Shown piece after piece: positions 26,801-40,587 of a stretch of 64,000 nt of DNA. The stretch spans positions 2,666,001-2,730,000 of the forward strand of contig OZ024753.1 in the NCBI GenBank assembly GCA_964016885.1. Reading direction: 5' to 3'. The stretch comes from Eledone cirrhosa (lineage: Eukaryota). Positions within the stretch are counted from its first letter, which is position 1. Each line of letters opens with the position of its first letter. The notes under the pieces were generated by a model. It saw only the letters and a program-made list of their open reading frames with translations, searched no databases and was not told the origin of the DNA. A program made the translations under genes and the position numbers.

Positions 26801-28754
26801 CATTATCATCATCTTTACATTCATTTTTTTATGCTTGCATTTTTTTAAATACTAAGCTTCTTAATATTCTTCATATCATATCTTTAACTTACCAATCTAT
26901 ATAATTTGTTCAAAGGTATATAGATTACCTTTTAAAATAGTAGTAAAGGGTGGAGAAATGAAAGATATAATGTTGCTGTTTTGTTATATGCTATGAAATT
27001 CAAGTGAAGTACATCATCGTAATTTCTAAATTATCTTGACATTTCATTATCATTCATAAGGTGTTGCAATGATTGAGTAGATAGATTTCCAGCTTATTGG
27101 CTGAAGAATCATGACTTTCAATTCAGTTTTTGTTATGCTGTACATTGCCAAAGTATTTACTAAAATATAATGCACAATAACAAAAGATAAGAACAGAGAA
27201 AGAAAGATTTCATAGTGAAACAGAAAATTATATATTGCTATGATATTTGGTGGGTTACAAATTGTCTGTGCAGAAGTATTAAATAAAATGGTATCTTTAC
27301 GTTTGATGAAATTTAAAATGATATAATTTTTAGATATTCAATTATTATTTAAAAACATTTAAGAAACAAAAATAGAAATTGAAAAATTAGGATGAACAGA
27401 AACTGATTCTTAAATTGGTTTTTAACTGATACAACACTGAATATATACCCTTTGAAAGATTGGATATAAATGGTTGGCATAATAAATATATGGCCATGTT
27501 GAAACCTTAGGTAAACACACAGAAATCCAAGCTTAATGGTGTAGATTGAATATCTAAATCTTTCATCTTTACAGTGCATCTAGACATGTTATAACTGTTA
27601 ACATAGGCAAACAACAAATAGAAATACATTAACAAAGGCCAAAAAGGAACGTTCAAATTACTTTAGAGCAGTACTATTTTATGGTATAACTATATATTTT
27701 AGGTGTATCTCTTAAATCTGTACCATGGTGTTTTTACATTGCAATTCACTATGATATTTTAAAAGGAAAAAGAAAATTGAAAATAATGTAATTATCCTGA
27801 AAATGTTATGCGTAATCTTCGCAGATTTTATTTCCTCATATTTACTCCATCAGTATTTTAAATTATTTTTTCTTGCTTTCATTTTGATAGCTGAAGGAAA
27901 TTAAATTTTTAAGTAATAATTTAAAAAAAGTAATATCACAAGGTTTCTGTCATCCTACAGATTGGAGTTTTGGTTAATTGCAGTTTGAATTGCTTTGCTT
28001 ACTGCAATAAAGGAAGCAGAAATGACAAGAGTAATAAAATAGACCTAAAAGTAATTTGTAATATAGGTTCATACAGAGAGAAGTGTTTCATTGTTTTATT
28101 TTATTTTCCTAAAATATTTCATACAACACAAATGAAAGGCCTTGTCTTTGCTCTAAACACACACACGATTTAAAATCATGTAATCAATACATTAAAACAG
28201 TACAATGAAAGATAGTTTAATTTGCATTCATATCGCAAGCAAACATTTTTTCCTTGTGCCGGAATATTTATGCATGCTTTACATTGAATTTATATAAAAA
28301 TTCTGAACTAAAGTAATATAGGCATAGACATGGTTAAGGTGTTCACTTCACAACCATGCAATCCCACTACAAGTGCTTGCTACTATAGCCTCAGGTTCAC
28401 CAATGTTTTGTGAGAGAGATTTGGTAGACAGAAACTGTGAAAAAGCCTGTCATATATATATATATATCATCATCATCATTTCATTTCCGCTTTTCCCTGC
28501 TTGCAAGGGTGGAACGGGAACTGATTCTGGCTTGATTTCTACAGCTGGATGCCCTTCCTAACACCAACCTCATTTACAGTGAGTGCTTGGTGCTTTTTTG
28601 CCGTGGCACCTCCACGACCACTTTCTACAGCTGAGTAAACTGGAGCAATGTGAAATAAAGTGTCTTGCTCAAGGAAACAACACATCACCCGGTCTGAGAA
28701 TTGAACTCACAACCTTTCGATTGCAAAGCTCTAACGACTAAGCCATATGTGCCT

Positions 28755-28789
<35 letters not shown>

Positions 28790-28791
<2 letters not shown>

Positions 28792-28965
28792 AATGTTAAG
28801 TATTTCCGCGGAAAAGGTAAAGGAAAGAAGAGTGCTCTATGTATAGTACAGAGCTATTTAATTATGAAATAAACAACACAATATAATTATTCCATTACCC
28901 AAAGTTTCACAAAGTTAGACGATTCTAACAGAAAGGTCTGATATCGCTCATCAGAAGGAATCTTT
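28790..28965 (-). mobile_element. Family A pLTR-like element in (TA)n
   Basis: TA-flanked and collinear with 29204-29441 (ggaaaag..aagagtgctct.tgta..cagagct..attattccatt.acc..gtttc). Carries a hammerhead. Confidence 0.6.
28889..28961 (-). ncRNA. Minimal type-I hammerhead ribozyme motif
   Basis: Minus strand reads attcctt CTGATGA gcga-[31 nt including a gttaga/tctaac hairpin]-ttgt GAAAC tttgg GTA atggaat. Stem I pairs 6/7, stem II is 4 bp with G.U pairs, stem III is 2 bp. Confidence 0.7.
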
Positions 28966-28983
28966 ATATATATATATATATAT

Positions 28984-29159
28984 GAATGAGTTAGGATCCC
29001 AATAGCTGAGCTCTTGCCATTTCCTAGAACTAGCTGTTGAAACAGCAAGAGATCAACTATCAGGGTCTTGACTCATTCATATAACCATACTCTACTACTC
29101 CAAGTATTGAGTACTCTGTTGAACAATGGACGAATCAGTTTCTTACTGAATCCATCTTG

Positions 29160-29160
<1 letters not shown>
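28984..29160 (+). mobile_element. Family B element in (TA)n with a ~40-bp imperfect inverted repeat
   Basis: tgaatgagttaggatcccaatagctgagctcttgc pairs with gcaagagatcaactatcagggtcttgactcattca. It is followed by actctactactccaagtattgagtactctg. Confidence 0.5.
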
Positions 29161-29203
<43 letters not shown>

Positions 29204-29208
<5 letters not shown>

Positions 29209-29437
29209 AATGAAGTAATTCCATCGGAAAAGTCCAGGAAAAAAGAGTGCTCTCTGTAGGTAACAGAGCTTAATAGTTATGTAATAAGCAACATAAGGCA
29301 ATTATTCCATTTACCAGTGGTTTCTTAAAAGCAAAAAATTTTGCTTTCAATCCTCAGAATGAAAAAAGAGACCAACATTTTTTTGCTTTTAAGAAACCAC
29401 TGGTAAATGGAATAATTGCCTTATGTTGTTTATTATA

Positions 29438-29441
<4 letters not shown>
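29204..29441 (-). mobile_element. Family A pLTR-like element in (TA)n with a ~65-bp inverted repeat
   Basis: Arms ~29273-29339 and ~29377-29444 are near-perfect reverse complements. Carries a hammerhead. Confidence 0.6.
29305..29364 (-). ncRNA. Minimal type-I hammerhead ribozyme motif
   Basis: Minus strand reads tttcatt CTGAGGA ttgaaagcaaa-attt-tttgcttttaa GAAA CC act GG TA aatggaa. Stem I is 7 bp and stem II about 11 bp. Stem III is near-palindromic (accactggt) and is followed by a GUA triplet. Confidence 0.8.
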
Positions 29442-29480
<39 letters not shown>

Positions 29481-30210
29481 CTAACTGTGTCTGTGTGAGT
29501 GTCTATATATATGTCTGTGTGCGTGTGACCCAATGTCTGTAAGTAGGTTTTCTGTTTGTTTATGTCTTGTAAATGAGTAGTTTGACAAATGGATGATGTG
29601 ATCAACTAAACCAGTGAATGTAGGCCATTCAGAATAGTCACAGTCTAATGACTGAAACCAGCAGAAAAATAAGAGAATCAATGAATATCTACTTTTGTTT
29701 ACATGGTTTAGTAACAGGCAATTCACATGTTGGTCTATCTTCACCACTTCAAACTCATAATCATACAAACATCACTCATTTCTCCCTTCTGTATCTTTTC
29801 TTTCCCACATTTCTTTACATGATTCACTTAAAATTCCAATAAATTATGATTGTTGTAGTAAATACCATGAAGCACAGTGGAAAAAAAATCAATGCAAATC
29901 ATTGATCGCCTTTCACCCACTCTTTACTGAGCACTACTATACTAAGATCTGATTTGATCCCTACTTCTTTGGGATTCTTCAACTCTGGGCCCTAATAGGT
30001 AAACACTATTTTTATTAGGATGAACCTATTTCATTGTCTATATGTATCATATGTCGATACTAGTATCATTGTCTCTCCTACAAAAATAACAACTCCAGAT
30101 AAAATACAGATTTCTTTTGGTCTTTGTCATGTTATCATCATCATCATAATTTAATGCCTATCTTCACTGCTAGGCCCATGGCCTAGTGGAAGGGTGATAG
30201 ACTTACAATA

Positions 30211-30405
30211 ATAATTGTTTCTACTTTTGGCACAAGGCCAGCAATTATACCAGTGTATTACTGGTACTTTATTTTATCGACCCCGTAAGGATGAAAGGCA
30301 AAGTTAACCTAGGCGGAATTTGAACTCAGACCGTAAAGGGCCGTAACTCTTTGCTGCAAAGCATGGCGTCCAACCCTCTACTGATACTGCCAATCCATCA
30401 CCCTT
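30211..30405 (-). mobile_element. SINE-A nested in a CORE-like SINE
   Basis: 19-bp TSD atagacttacaataataat (30197-30215 and 30406-30424). The host SINE spans ~30170-30590. Confidence 0.9.
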
Positions 30406-31530
30406 ATAGACTTACAATAATAATGTTGTGAGTTTGATGCCTGGAATGGGTTGTGTGTTGAGTTCACATTGCTCCGGTATACTCAGCTGAAAATGAGTAC
30501 CAGTAATAGCTGAGGGTTTTACACTGCAATGGACTTAGAACTGAGATAATCACTGGCCTGATGAGCCGCCGGCTTTGAGACAGACTTTAAACTTTTTCCC
30601 AGCTTACAAGTGTTGGATGTCTCTTCCCAGATCAAGTAGATACTTGAGTGGTGCCATCAACCTACACATAGGCCTACATATCCTCAAGAACAATAACAAC
30701 AAAAATGATTAAAGTACTTTTGTTAAAAAGAACAATAATTTCTAATATATATTTACAGCTAAATTATTAACATTTCAAACTAGAAATGTCTATCATACAT
30801 TCCCCAATAAGCATCAAAATAGCTCTAACAAAATTTACAGACTTCGTTATTTATATCATTTCATTGTTAAGTATTCAAAGATTGATGACCATTATGTAAA
30901 TAAATAATAATAAATAATAATTGTATGAAGCAGATATTTCATTTGTGATCCATTCCTAATTAATCTTTTACTAAGAAATATGGAAAACTGCTCCAGTCAT
31001 TTCTTAACTCATGGAAAGAAAGAATAACAATGAAAATAAACAATCACAGAAAGTACATACACATAAAGTGTTCAACTAAAGCTAATTTTATTATTGTTTA
31101 TTATAATCTTATAATATTTCTTTTATTATAATGGCTAATATTGCAACATTTCTTCCGTTTTCTCCCAAGTTTTTTTCTTTTCTTGCCTTACAAGAGTAGC
31201 TTGAATCAGCTGTGATGATAATCTTTTTGCTTTTACATTCCTAGAAATGTAATTAGGTTATATCTCTTTCAACAACTTTTGCCTTTATTCAACTACTTTC
31301 ATATTCACTTTCAAACACTTGTACACACACATACAAACACGTACACATATACACAAACACACATACAAACTGCATACAGACACACACATACAAGCACACA
31401 CGTAGACACAAGCATACAAACTGCATACACAAATATATGTACACACATGTTGACACAAACACACACACAAAAACGCATACACACACACACGTTGACACAA
31501 ACACACACATAAACACAAAATCGCACGCAC

Positions 31531-31567
<37 letters not shown>

Positions 31568-34565
31568 GAAGAAAATGATAAACCGTTCAATAAAATTCTT
31601 AATTTTCTATTTTTATTAAATTTTCGTTCCAGTTTCTTTCATTGTCACAATTATGAATTATGTAGAACATTTTTGTGTTTGAAGTCAACGATGTAGGAAC
31701 TTAATTTGGGGAATGGAGAGAAAAAAATCATTGTGGAAAATAGCAGCCAATACAAATAATTCATATATGTTTCTCATTCTTTCCCTATCTTATATTATAT
31801 GATAGAGTTAAAAGTAATTGAAGCAAAGCTGAAATATATGATTATTTGAAACATACCCAAGAACTTCATAGCAAACAACACAGCAATTTAGAGACACATA
31901 CTGATTTATATTCATTCTACTCTTTATTAGCATTTTCCTATAACCTAGCAATTTCTAAAATGTTTAACCTTTCTCTTGCAGAAAACAGAAGAAAGTATTT
32001 TTGACAGTGACTTGCATAAAAGGAAGTGCCTAAGATAACAGCCATAAACATTTCATTTGCATGGCTTCTTTTTTTATGTTCAGCATGTTTTTTTTTTTTT
32101 ACTGATAGTATATCCGGTAGGAGACAGAATGTACAGGATGTTCATACCAAATTGGAATAGCAATCAAGTCTCAGATCTAGCTTTACGTGCAAAGGTATAT
32201 CTCTGAAAGCAGATAACTGTCTGTAGATCTAGAATATTGTTTTCAATACTTATTTCTTTTAAAAGCTAAATGTGTTTGTCTGCATGAGCAGTAACAAATG
32301 CAAAAATTACATCCTCTGTTATAAAATGTTTTAACCAATAAAGCACAGCAACAATTAGGTTTTCTACAAAGCCATTCTTTAGGTTTTGACTTCTTGAAAG
32401 CCTATAAAACATTTCCTGTATGTAATAGCATCATTCGACCAAGCTTTGACTTTCTAAACATACTCTCTTTAGATCTTGCATAATCTTTTTAAAATTCAAT
32501 CATAAATATTTGTATGTGAATATATTATTATATCCCTAAACTTATATTTTTTGTTATTATATTCGATAGCTTCCATAAAAGAAAGCATTTAATATTAATG
32601 AAATTAAAAAAATACCATATATGATGTGGGTGTGCTGTTACTATAAATATCAATAAATATGGGAATGAGAGTTCTATCAATCTTCATCCATTGTCATTTT
32701 TTCATCAGCATCTTCTCTAAATTTGATGCTTCAAATCTTTTTTTTTTGTATAAGCTCTATTTAGTATCTATGAAAATCTTATTATCCATACTTGTGAGAC
32801 AATCAAACCAAAACAGCAAGTTTAGTTCATTTTATAACAAATGAAACCTTATATAGAAGTGAAAGATGGCCTAAGTGTAAAGTTTGCCTCACATCTAAAT
32901 TAAATGTCTGGAGCAAAACATGCTAAATTGCATAGAGTAACTAGGCTACAAGCTAGGCGTCAATTAAATAACTTCTGGTAACAAACACAGTAGCCTGGAA
33001 GCGTTATCAGTCAGCTACATTGAAGAATCTTAAGCCTGACACATATACATGCTTTGCCTGGTTTCTCCTTTTAGACTAGAACAATGTTGGGGTATAGTAC
33101 TCAAGGGGTTAGGCCATCATATGGATCTGATTACTTATTTATCAGTCTATAGTTGTTCAATTGCCAAGTTACACTTTTTAATACACACCATGTTTTATAA
33201 ACACACACACATACGTTTTATGTCCATTTTTCCATGCTTGCATTCGAGCAGAGTTGGCCCTCTGCAGGCATAAACCCTGCAAGTTGGAATAACTGTTTAA
33301 CTCTGTGTCTCGTGTTATCCTTCAGGCTAACACTTTCTCTATTCTGTCAACTGAGACCATGAAGCAATATGTGTCTGGGGTTCTGCACATATATAGGAGA
33401 GCATTCTACAACATTGTTCAGGCATAGATCATTGTGGTAGTGCTAGTGGTCTGTGAATATATGCATAAAATCATGCATACATAATATTGTTCTTTTAGAA
33501 TTTGCTGATATATTTTTAAAGTAAAATATGTCATAAAATCTTTTTCTAATATATTACATGAACTAAATTTGTGGGTCTATCTTTTGACAATTTATGTCAT
33601 GTCAATTTATGTCATGTTAAGCCTGGTCCCTATGGCAACACACATTTAATTTTAAATAGCTCTGTCAACAAGCGTGGTAAATAACTATCAATATGAAATA
33701 CTATTTATTGCTACAAGCAACAGGAGTGCTGTACGATCAATGATGTATTATCCAACTCAGTGATGAGCTAAACATATATATTACAACATATATAAAACAT
33801 ATATTACAGCCTCGCAACTTTCTCTTTAAAAAGAAGATACTTCTTAAATTCAACAGTTTGAAAAATACTGAGACACATTCTCATAAACATTAAGGAATAA
33901 AAGTGATATACATGTTTCTTTAACAGCAATATATGTGAACTATTGAATATATATAATGTATAACATAAAAAAAAACGAGAATTAGAACAGAAATAAAAAT
34001 TTAAAAAGAAGGGGATGAAATATCTGCTGTACAAATGTAACACATGCTTGTTCTGACAAGTTTCTGTTGAAATTTTTAACCATTTTCCATTGTTCTTTAC
34101 TTATATTATTTTAGTTTGATATACCAATATAGATTTTGATTTTAATCTGTACATTATAAAATCATAAATCAAACAAGCCAAGCTCAAACTGCTTGAACAG
34201 AAACTTGAAAAAAAAAAAATCCAACTAAATTTTCTTTGTTAATTTGATATATTAAAATGAATTACTTTTATAGCAATGAAGTGAATTGTACAATATTTCA
34301 GAGATTTCCATAGAAAATGAATTATTCTAGCGATCTTCAGCAACCAAAGAATTCTTTTCTTAAGTATATAAACCTATAATATGCAGTGATAACAAATGTA
34401 ACGTTCTGACCCATTCATTCAGTATGTTAGGCAACTTTAGCTATCAAATTTTATGATGCAATTTGTATTGTAACTTTTGTTTAGATATTTTGAATGTAAG
34501 ACTAAGGAATAGCCTTTGGTTTTACATGTAAGTTATTTCATAATGGTTCCTGGTTATAAGTATTA

Positions 34566-34597
<32 letters not shown>

Positions 34598-34921
34598 AGT
34601 GTCTGCATGTGATTTTATCATTTGATAGCTATTTTTCAGGTACCACAGATAGATATATATATATATTTGAACTATTCCATTTCTTCTATATGCTGCTTAA
34701 AAACAGTCTTGAAAGTAGTACAGTAAGAATGTAAAATAAATGAAGAGAGTAATATCTAAGAGTGAATATAACATCCCAGGTTCATCTCTAATCTTATTGA
34801 ATGATTTACAAACACAGCATGCTTTTGTCACAATACAGAATATTTGCATAGAGATAACCCAATTTCTAGCTGACTATATGTCTCTGTGTGTGTACACGTG
34901 CCTTTATATATATACTTATAC

Positions 34922-34978
<57 letters not shown>

Positions 34979-35756
34979 CATACACACACACATATATATA
35001 CATATATAATTCCTGATCAGGTTTTCATTTATTTATACAGAAGTCTTCACTAATCCATTAAGAACATAAAGAATAATGGAAATAGAATCTTTATTGTCCA
35101 ATATCACATAGTGAACTCCATAAAAGGAGAAACAATTGAAAAACTAAAGTTTTGAGTGTTTATTTTCCAGTCAGGCTTTCGTTTAGAGAAGAGCATATGA
35201 GTAGGAAATTTTATGTGATGAAAGGAAAGACTGTGAATGAATGTGCTGGATTATTCTTTTTTATAAGCATAGTGGTTAAATCTTCAGAATTTGAACTTTG
35301 AGAAAACTGATGTGTAACACCGACTAAAAGCAGTAAATTAGCTGAGTCATTAGAACACCAGATAGAATGCTTTCCAGTATTTGTTTTGGTTCTCTGCTCT
35401 CTGAGTTCAAATCCTGATGAAGTCAACATTGCCTTTCATCCATTCAAGGTTGATAAAAAGAATACCAGTTTAGTACTGCGATCGATTCTTCCTCTGTATC
35501 TCCTTCACAATGACATTCTTTCACTCACACTCTAGCCTTCTCTGGAAGAAATTTGCTATTGTCAGACCTTGAGAAGAGATGGGTTCCACCAGGTTTAAAA
35601 ATACCCTAGAAACATTGTATGTCAATATAGCATCCCTACGATGTTACGGGACCATACATACAAATATAACACGGACTAAATGATTCTAAAAATACAACTA
35701 CTTTAGGAAACAGAAGAATGTATCTTTATTTTTAATTTTATAATTTTTATTTTGTT

Positions 35757-36156
35757 TTATATATAATAATTGTTTCTACTTTTGGCACAAGGCCAGCAAT
35801 TATCCCAGTGTATTTCTGGTACTTTATTTTATCAACCCCGTAAGGATGAAAGGCAAAGTTAACCTCGGCAGGATTTGAACTCTGACCGCAAAGGTTGTAA
35901 CTCCATGCTGCAAAGCATGGCGTCCGACCTTCTACCGATACTGCCAATCCACTGCGTTTTATATATAATAATTGTTTCTGCTTTAGGCACAAGGCCAGCA
36001 ATTACCCACTGCATTACTGGTACTTTATTTTATCGACCCCGTAAGGATAAAAGGCAAAGTCAACCTCGGCGGGATTTTATATATAATAATTGTTTCTACT
36101 TTAGGCACAAGGCCAGCAATTACCCAGTGCATTACTGGTACTTTATATATAATAAT
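35757..36156 (-). mobile_element. Three stacked SINE-A copies (full, medium, short) separated by the same 15-mer
   Basis: tttatatataataat occurs 4 times, bracketing each copy. Confidence 0.9.
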
Positions 36157-39100
36157 GAATGAAAATGATTGTGTACATTGCTCAGGTGCAATATAATTCA
36201 TCAAATGTGCTTGTATAGTACATAGAATAATGTAGAAATGTCAGGAAAGTGAACAGTGTATGAGTCATGATATACACAGATATATTTCTTGTTTTTTTTT
36301 GTTATGCAGGTATTAATTGGAATTATGTTTTCAATATCCTGCATTTGTTTAGATCTCACTCTCAAATCACTGCATGCATATGAAGAAGTAAGGATAAAAA
36401 GCAAAGCTAATCTTGACGGGATTTGAAATCAGAATGTAAAGGGCTGTACCTTCATGCTGCAAAGCATTGTGTCTGATGCTCTACCGATTACTTTAATCCA
36501 CCACCCTCACCTTGAAATAATGAAAGGCAAAACTAACATCATCCAGATTTGAACTCTAAAAGAACAAAGAGCTAGAATAAATACCACTAATGACTTTGCC
36601 AATTCACTGCCTACACCTATCAATGTAATAACACAAATTACATGTTATCTTTCATTTTTTTTTCTGAGACTAGTGATACACGTATATATATATACACGAT
36701 ATCATAAAATCTATAACTAAAATACTATGACTATATATTAGGCTTATCACACTGTCATTTATATTTTTTGATGAGACAAGTTTCTAAGAGAGAATGGGGT
36801 AGAATAGAAGAGATACCAGTGGTGATATTAAATGCAGATATGGCTGTATAGCATCCAATGTAGTAAGAATTAGAACAAAGGTATGTATGAAAGTAGTAGA
36901 TTAATTATAAGTTCCACTTCTAATTAACTCTAACCAGTCAAATTCACACTATATGCAAATGTGTCACTTCAGCCAATGTTTTATTTGCACCATATGCAAA
37001 TTAGGATCTTCAATGTTTAATATATAAATAAGGATATTCAATGTTTAATATATAAAAAACATATGTTTTAGTCTATTCTCTTGTCCATACCAAGTGAGTA
37101 AATTTCACTGATAACAGATAGAAATCCAGGAAACAACTGTCTGGAATTCTCACCATTACTAAGGTAGCTGTGACATGGTCACATCTCTACAAAAATAATA
37201 AAACTTCATAGCATGATTGTCCTATCTTTATTATACATGAATATATCATATATGCTTTCATATACATCCCTATTAAAAATAATAGATGCTGAGTTGATAA
37301 TAAAATAATGGTAAGCAGCATGAATTAAGAAGCAGCCTAGTTGTTGTTGCTGTTTGTTAGCCCATAGGGAGCCTTCATCAAACATATGCATGTAATTCTG
37401 TTTGTAAATCACTATGGTGTAATTTGATGGAGAATTTGCTGCAATTCTACACAGGTTAACCCTTTAGCATTAACATTACTCTATATTTACTATTGTATTT
37501 TCATGGTAAAGGCTTAACCTCACATAATTTCGAAGCTATGAGATTTTGATATTTATTTTGAGAGCAATACTTTAATGTCAGTATGAGTGGCCAATTACAG
37601 CTGATTTATACAGAAAGAGGTAAGAGAATTTTGACCAGATACAGCCAGTTTAAATGCTAAAGGGTTAATGAAAATAGCCATCTAACACATTTGATCTAAT
37701 GAAGGAAAACAATAATATTTAATGCAGCTATTTAAATATCTCTTATGTTATAACAAAACAATTCTTAATGCATGTAAAAGTATGGGATAAGAAGATATCT
37801 TTAGAAGATTGTATGCCAATTTGATAATAACTTTGGCAGAGATTAATAATTTCAACTTAAAGTGAAATAGTAATATATGATTACTTTACAAAATGATTGA
37901 CTGGGAGCAGGACAGTTGGATAGATTCAATATTACTAACACTCATTCTTGTGCCAGTATAGAGATTATTAAGGTGATGATGATGATGATGGCACAGCAGT
38001 GATATTAGTGTCGAGAATGTTTAATCTTGGAAATGATAAATCAGTTTTATTGATGAAAGAGACAGGATAATTTATTTCTTGCCATCATTTCATTTACTGA
38101 AACATATATCTGTTAACATGCATCAACATTTCAGTTGAGGTGTGCAGGAATTTTATTTAAGAAATCAGCAGTGAAGAATAAGAAATGCCTGAAGCCAAGA
38201 TGAAATTAAGAAGCCAGCAATGTCAGTTGATCATTCATTACTTAATCTAGTATCAGTGGATTGGAAAATAAACCAAGATATTCTATTTGAAATATACTCA
38301 ATGCTGCAATTCTATAAGCAATTTTATTATTTTGTTAAATAATAAAGTATTTATAGCTATTTTCTTTTTGATATTGTTATTGGTTTTGTTATTTATTTGT
38401 TGAACCTGCAGCTCCTGTTTAATTACAGCATATTACAACAGATGATTGGTATTATACTTTCAAGTGATTGCCATTAAAGATTATGCTCTTAAGTATTATC
38501 TAACTTAACAGCTAATCTAGTAAACTGGTTTATAAAAGATGGATAATTCTGAAATACTTTTCATTTGATTTCAAGCTCCACTGAAATGATAATCAGGTAT
38601 TGCAATTATATCCTTGAGCATAATGTTTAGCATAACAAAGCCAACAGTGATTCTTGCTACGTTCTGAATATAAGTGAATCTTTATTGGAAATCCCAAAGT
38701 AAAACAATCCTACAACAATACCATAAAGTGAAACCCTTCAAGTAATATATAAGAATATGCAAAATGATTAGGAAATATCAACTTAATGCCCTTTCAAATA
38801 AAATTGAAATATTTCTATTCTAATATGCAATGGACAGCATATAATTGATATAATTGTTTTTACTTTTTGGCACAAGGCCAGCAATTACCCAGTGCATTAC
38901 TGGTACTTTATTTTATCGACCCCGTAAGGATGAAAGGCAAAGTTTAGCAGAAGAGTAATACAATCATGACAATCATCATCATCATTCTGATCAAGATGAT
39001 GATAGGAATAAGAAAAATCTGTCAACAATATTACAAACATGTGGACTTGAGCTTAAGTTAGGAATCATTAAAGAAGAAGAAGAAGAAGAAATAACAATGA

Positions 39101-40587
39101 TATTGATGTATATTAAGGCCAACATGGACATGTTTATAAATTGGGGTTCTTCAAATTAGTTGATTTATAAAAAAAAATCATTTACATTCATCAGTAGTGT
39201 ATAAAATCTAATGGTTCTGAAAAATATACACAAGGGAAACTTTAAACTATTTGTTTATTATATCGTGCTCCTAATACTTAGAGCAACAAGTTGTACCTCC
39301 TTCTGTCACAGTCAGATGAAATAGATAAGCTATAGTTAAGTATCTTAACCACAGATAAAAAGAAAAAAAAACATCATCTGTAAAAGACTAAGATGCTATG
39401 GCTCTGCAATTAGTTTTGTGGCATTCTACTGACATTGCAAGCTATGACTATTCTCAAGATTATGAAAGAAAACGAAACAAATATTGTGTTTAAACTGACA
39501 TTTAAACTTGATACTCAAATATTTAATACTGACTGGCAATGCATACAATTGCTTGTTATTTAGAAAGAATCTATAAAAATAAACCTTGTTTGAATCATCA
39601 AAATATCACAATGTGATAAGCTTGTTTAGTAACAATTGTTTAACATGTATTTCTTTGATTTGTATTTCTTTGTTAACAATGTCCTTGTTTTAGTGCAGAA
39701 TTTAGATATATGCAAATTTTATAAGAAAGAGAATGGATTGCATGCACTGGCATTATATGAATCAATGTAGATTCCTTAGTGCCATTGCAATAGAAAGTAG
39801 AATTGTAAATGTATAACAGAAAATGAAGATCCTACACAAAAACACAGAAGTTTGTAAATGTGAAAATTCTCACAAAACAAAACATATCATTATTAACGAA
39901 ATCAGAGTGAAAACAAAACAGATTTTCTATTTTTTCTATTTTATTCTTTTTTGCTGTTTATTCTTCTTCAGAAAAATCTGAACTAAAATCTCAATTTCAT
40001 GAGACAAATGGCTCATGTTTCCTTTAAGATGAACCATTTATTCGACAAAGTGTTAGTATAACAATCGTTTATTAAAGTGCCAAAGAAAATAAATGAAAAA
40101 AAAAACAACATTCTACACCATTTCTGATATCACTATGCTTGGGCTAGTTTAATGTTAAAAAATATCTGAAAAGAAATGCTTTGTTATATAAACTGGAGAG
40201 AAAATTTCCATAAATAAAAGTATATTATTTTTTGATAGTTGTCTTCACTTTCTGAATTAACTTGCCAAATTGATCATTCTCCTGTGTTATTCTGTATTGC
40301 TTTCTAGTGAAACAGTTAGTGTATTGATTCAAAAGTTAGTGTCTCCAGCAAGCAAGAATGTTTACTGAACCATGGGGAAGAAATTCATTATGATTTGACG
40401 ATGTACTTTTACATATTCCTCTACCATATCTTCTAAGAAGACTATTGTTACATTCTATGTTGGCAACAGTTAAAGTATAAAGATTCGAGGGAGAAAATGT
40501 GTCAATCACTGTTAAAGATGCCATCAATCTCTCAAAAAAATGTAAGCAAGTTAATTGTTTTCCATTTAACATGTATATGGTTTTTGC

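Noticed and set aside
30556-30585. ggcCTGATGAgccgccggc as a hammerhead
   Set aside because: There is no GAAA or stem III (it reads tttgagac), and it sits in the 3' part of a CORE-like SINE.
40400-40570. Exon ending in gtaagc, or a hAT/Charlie transposase C-terminal relic
   Set aside because: It has an in-frame stop and only vague similarity; neither call can be supported.
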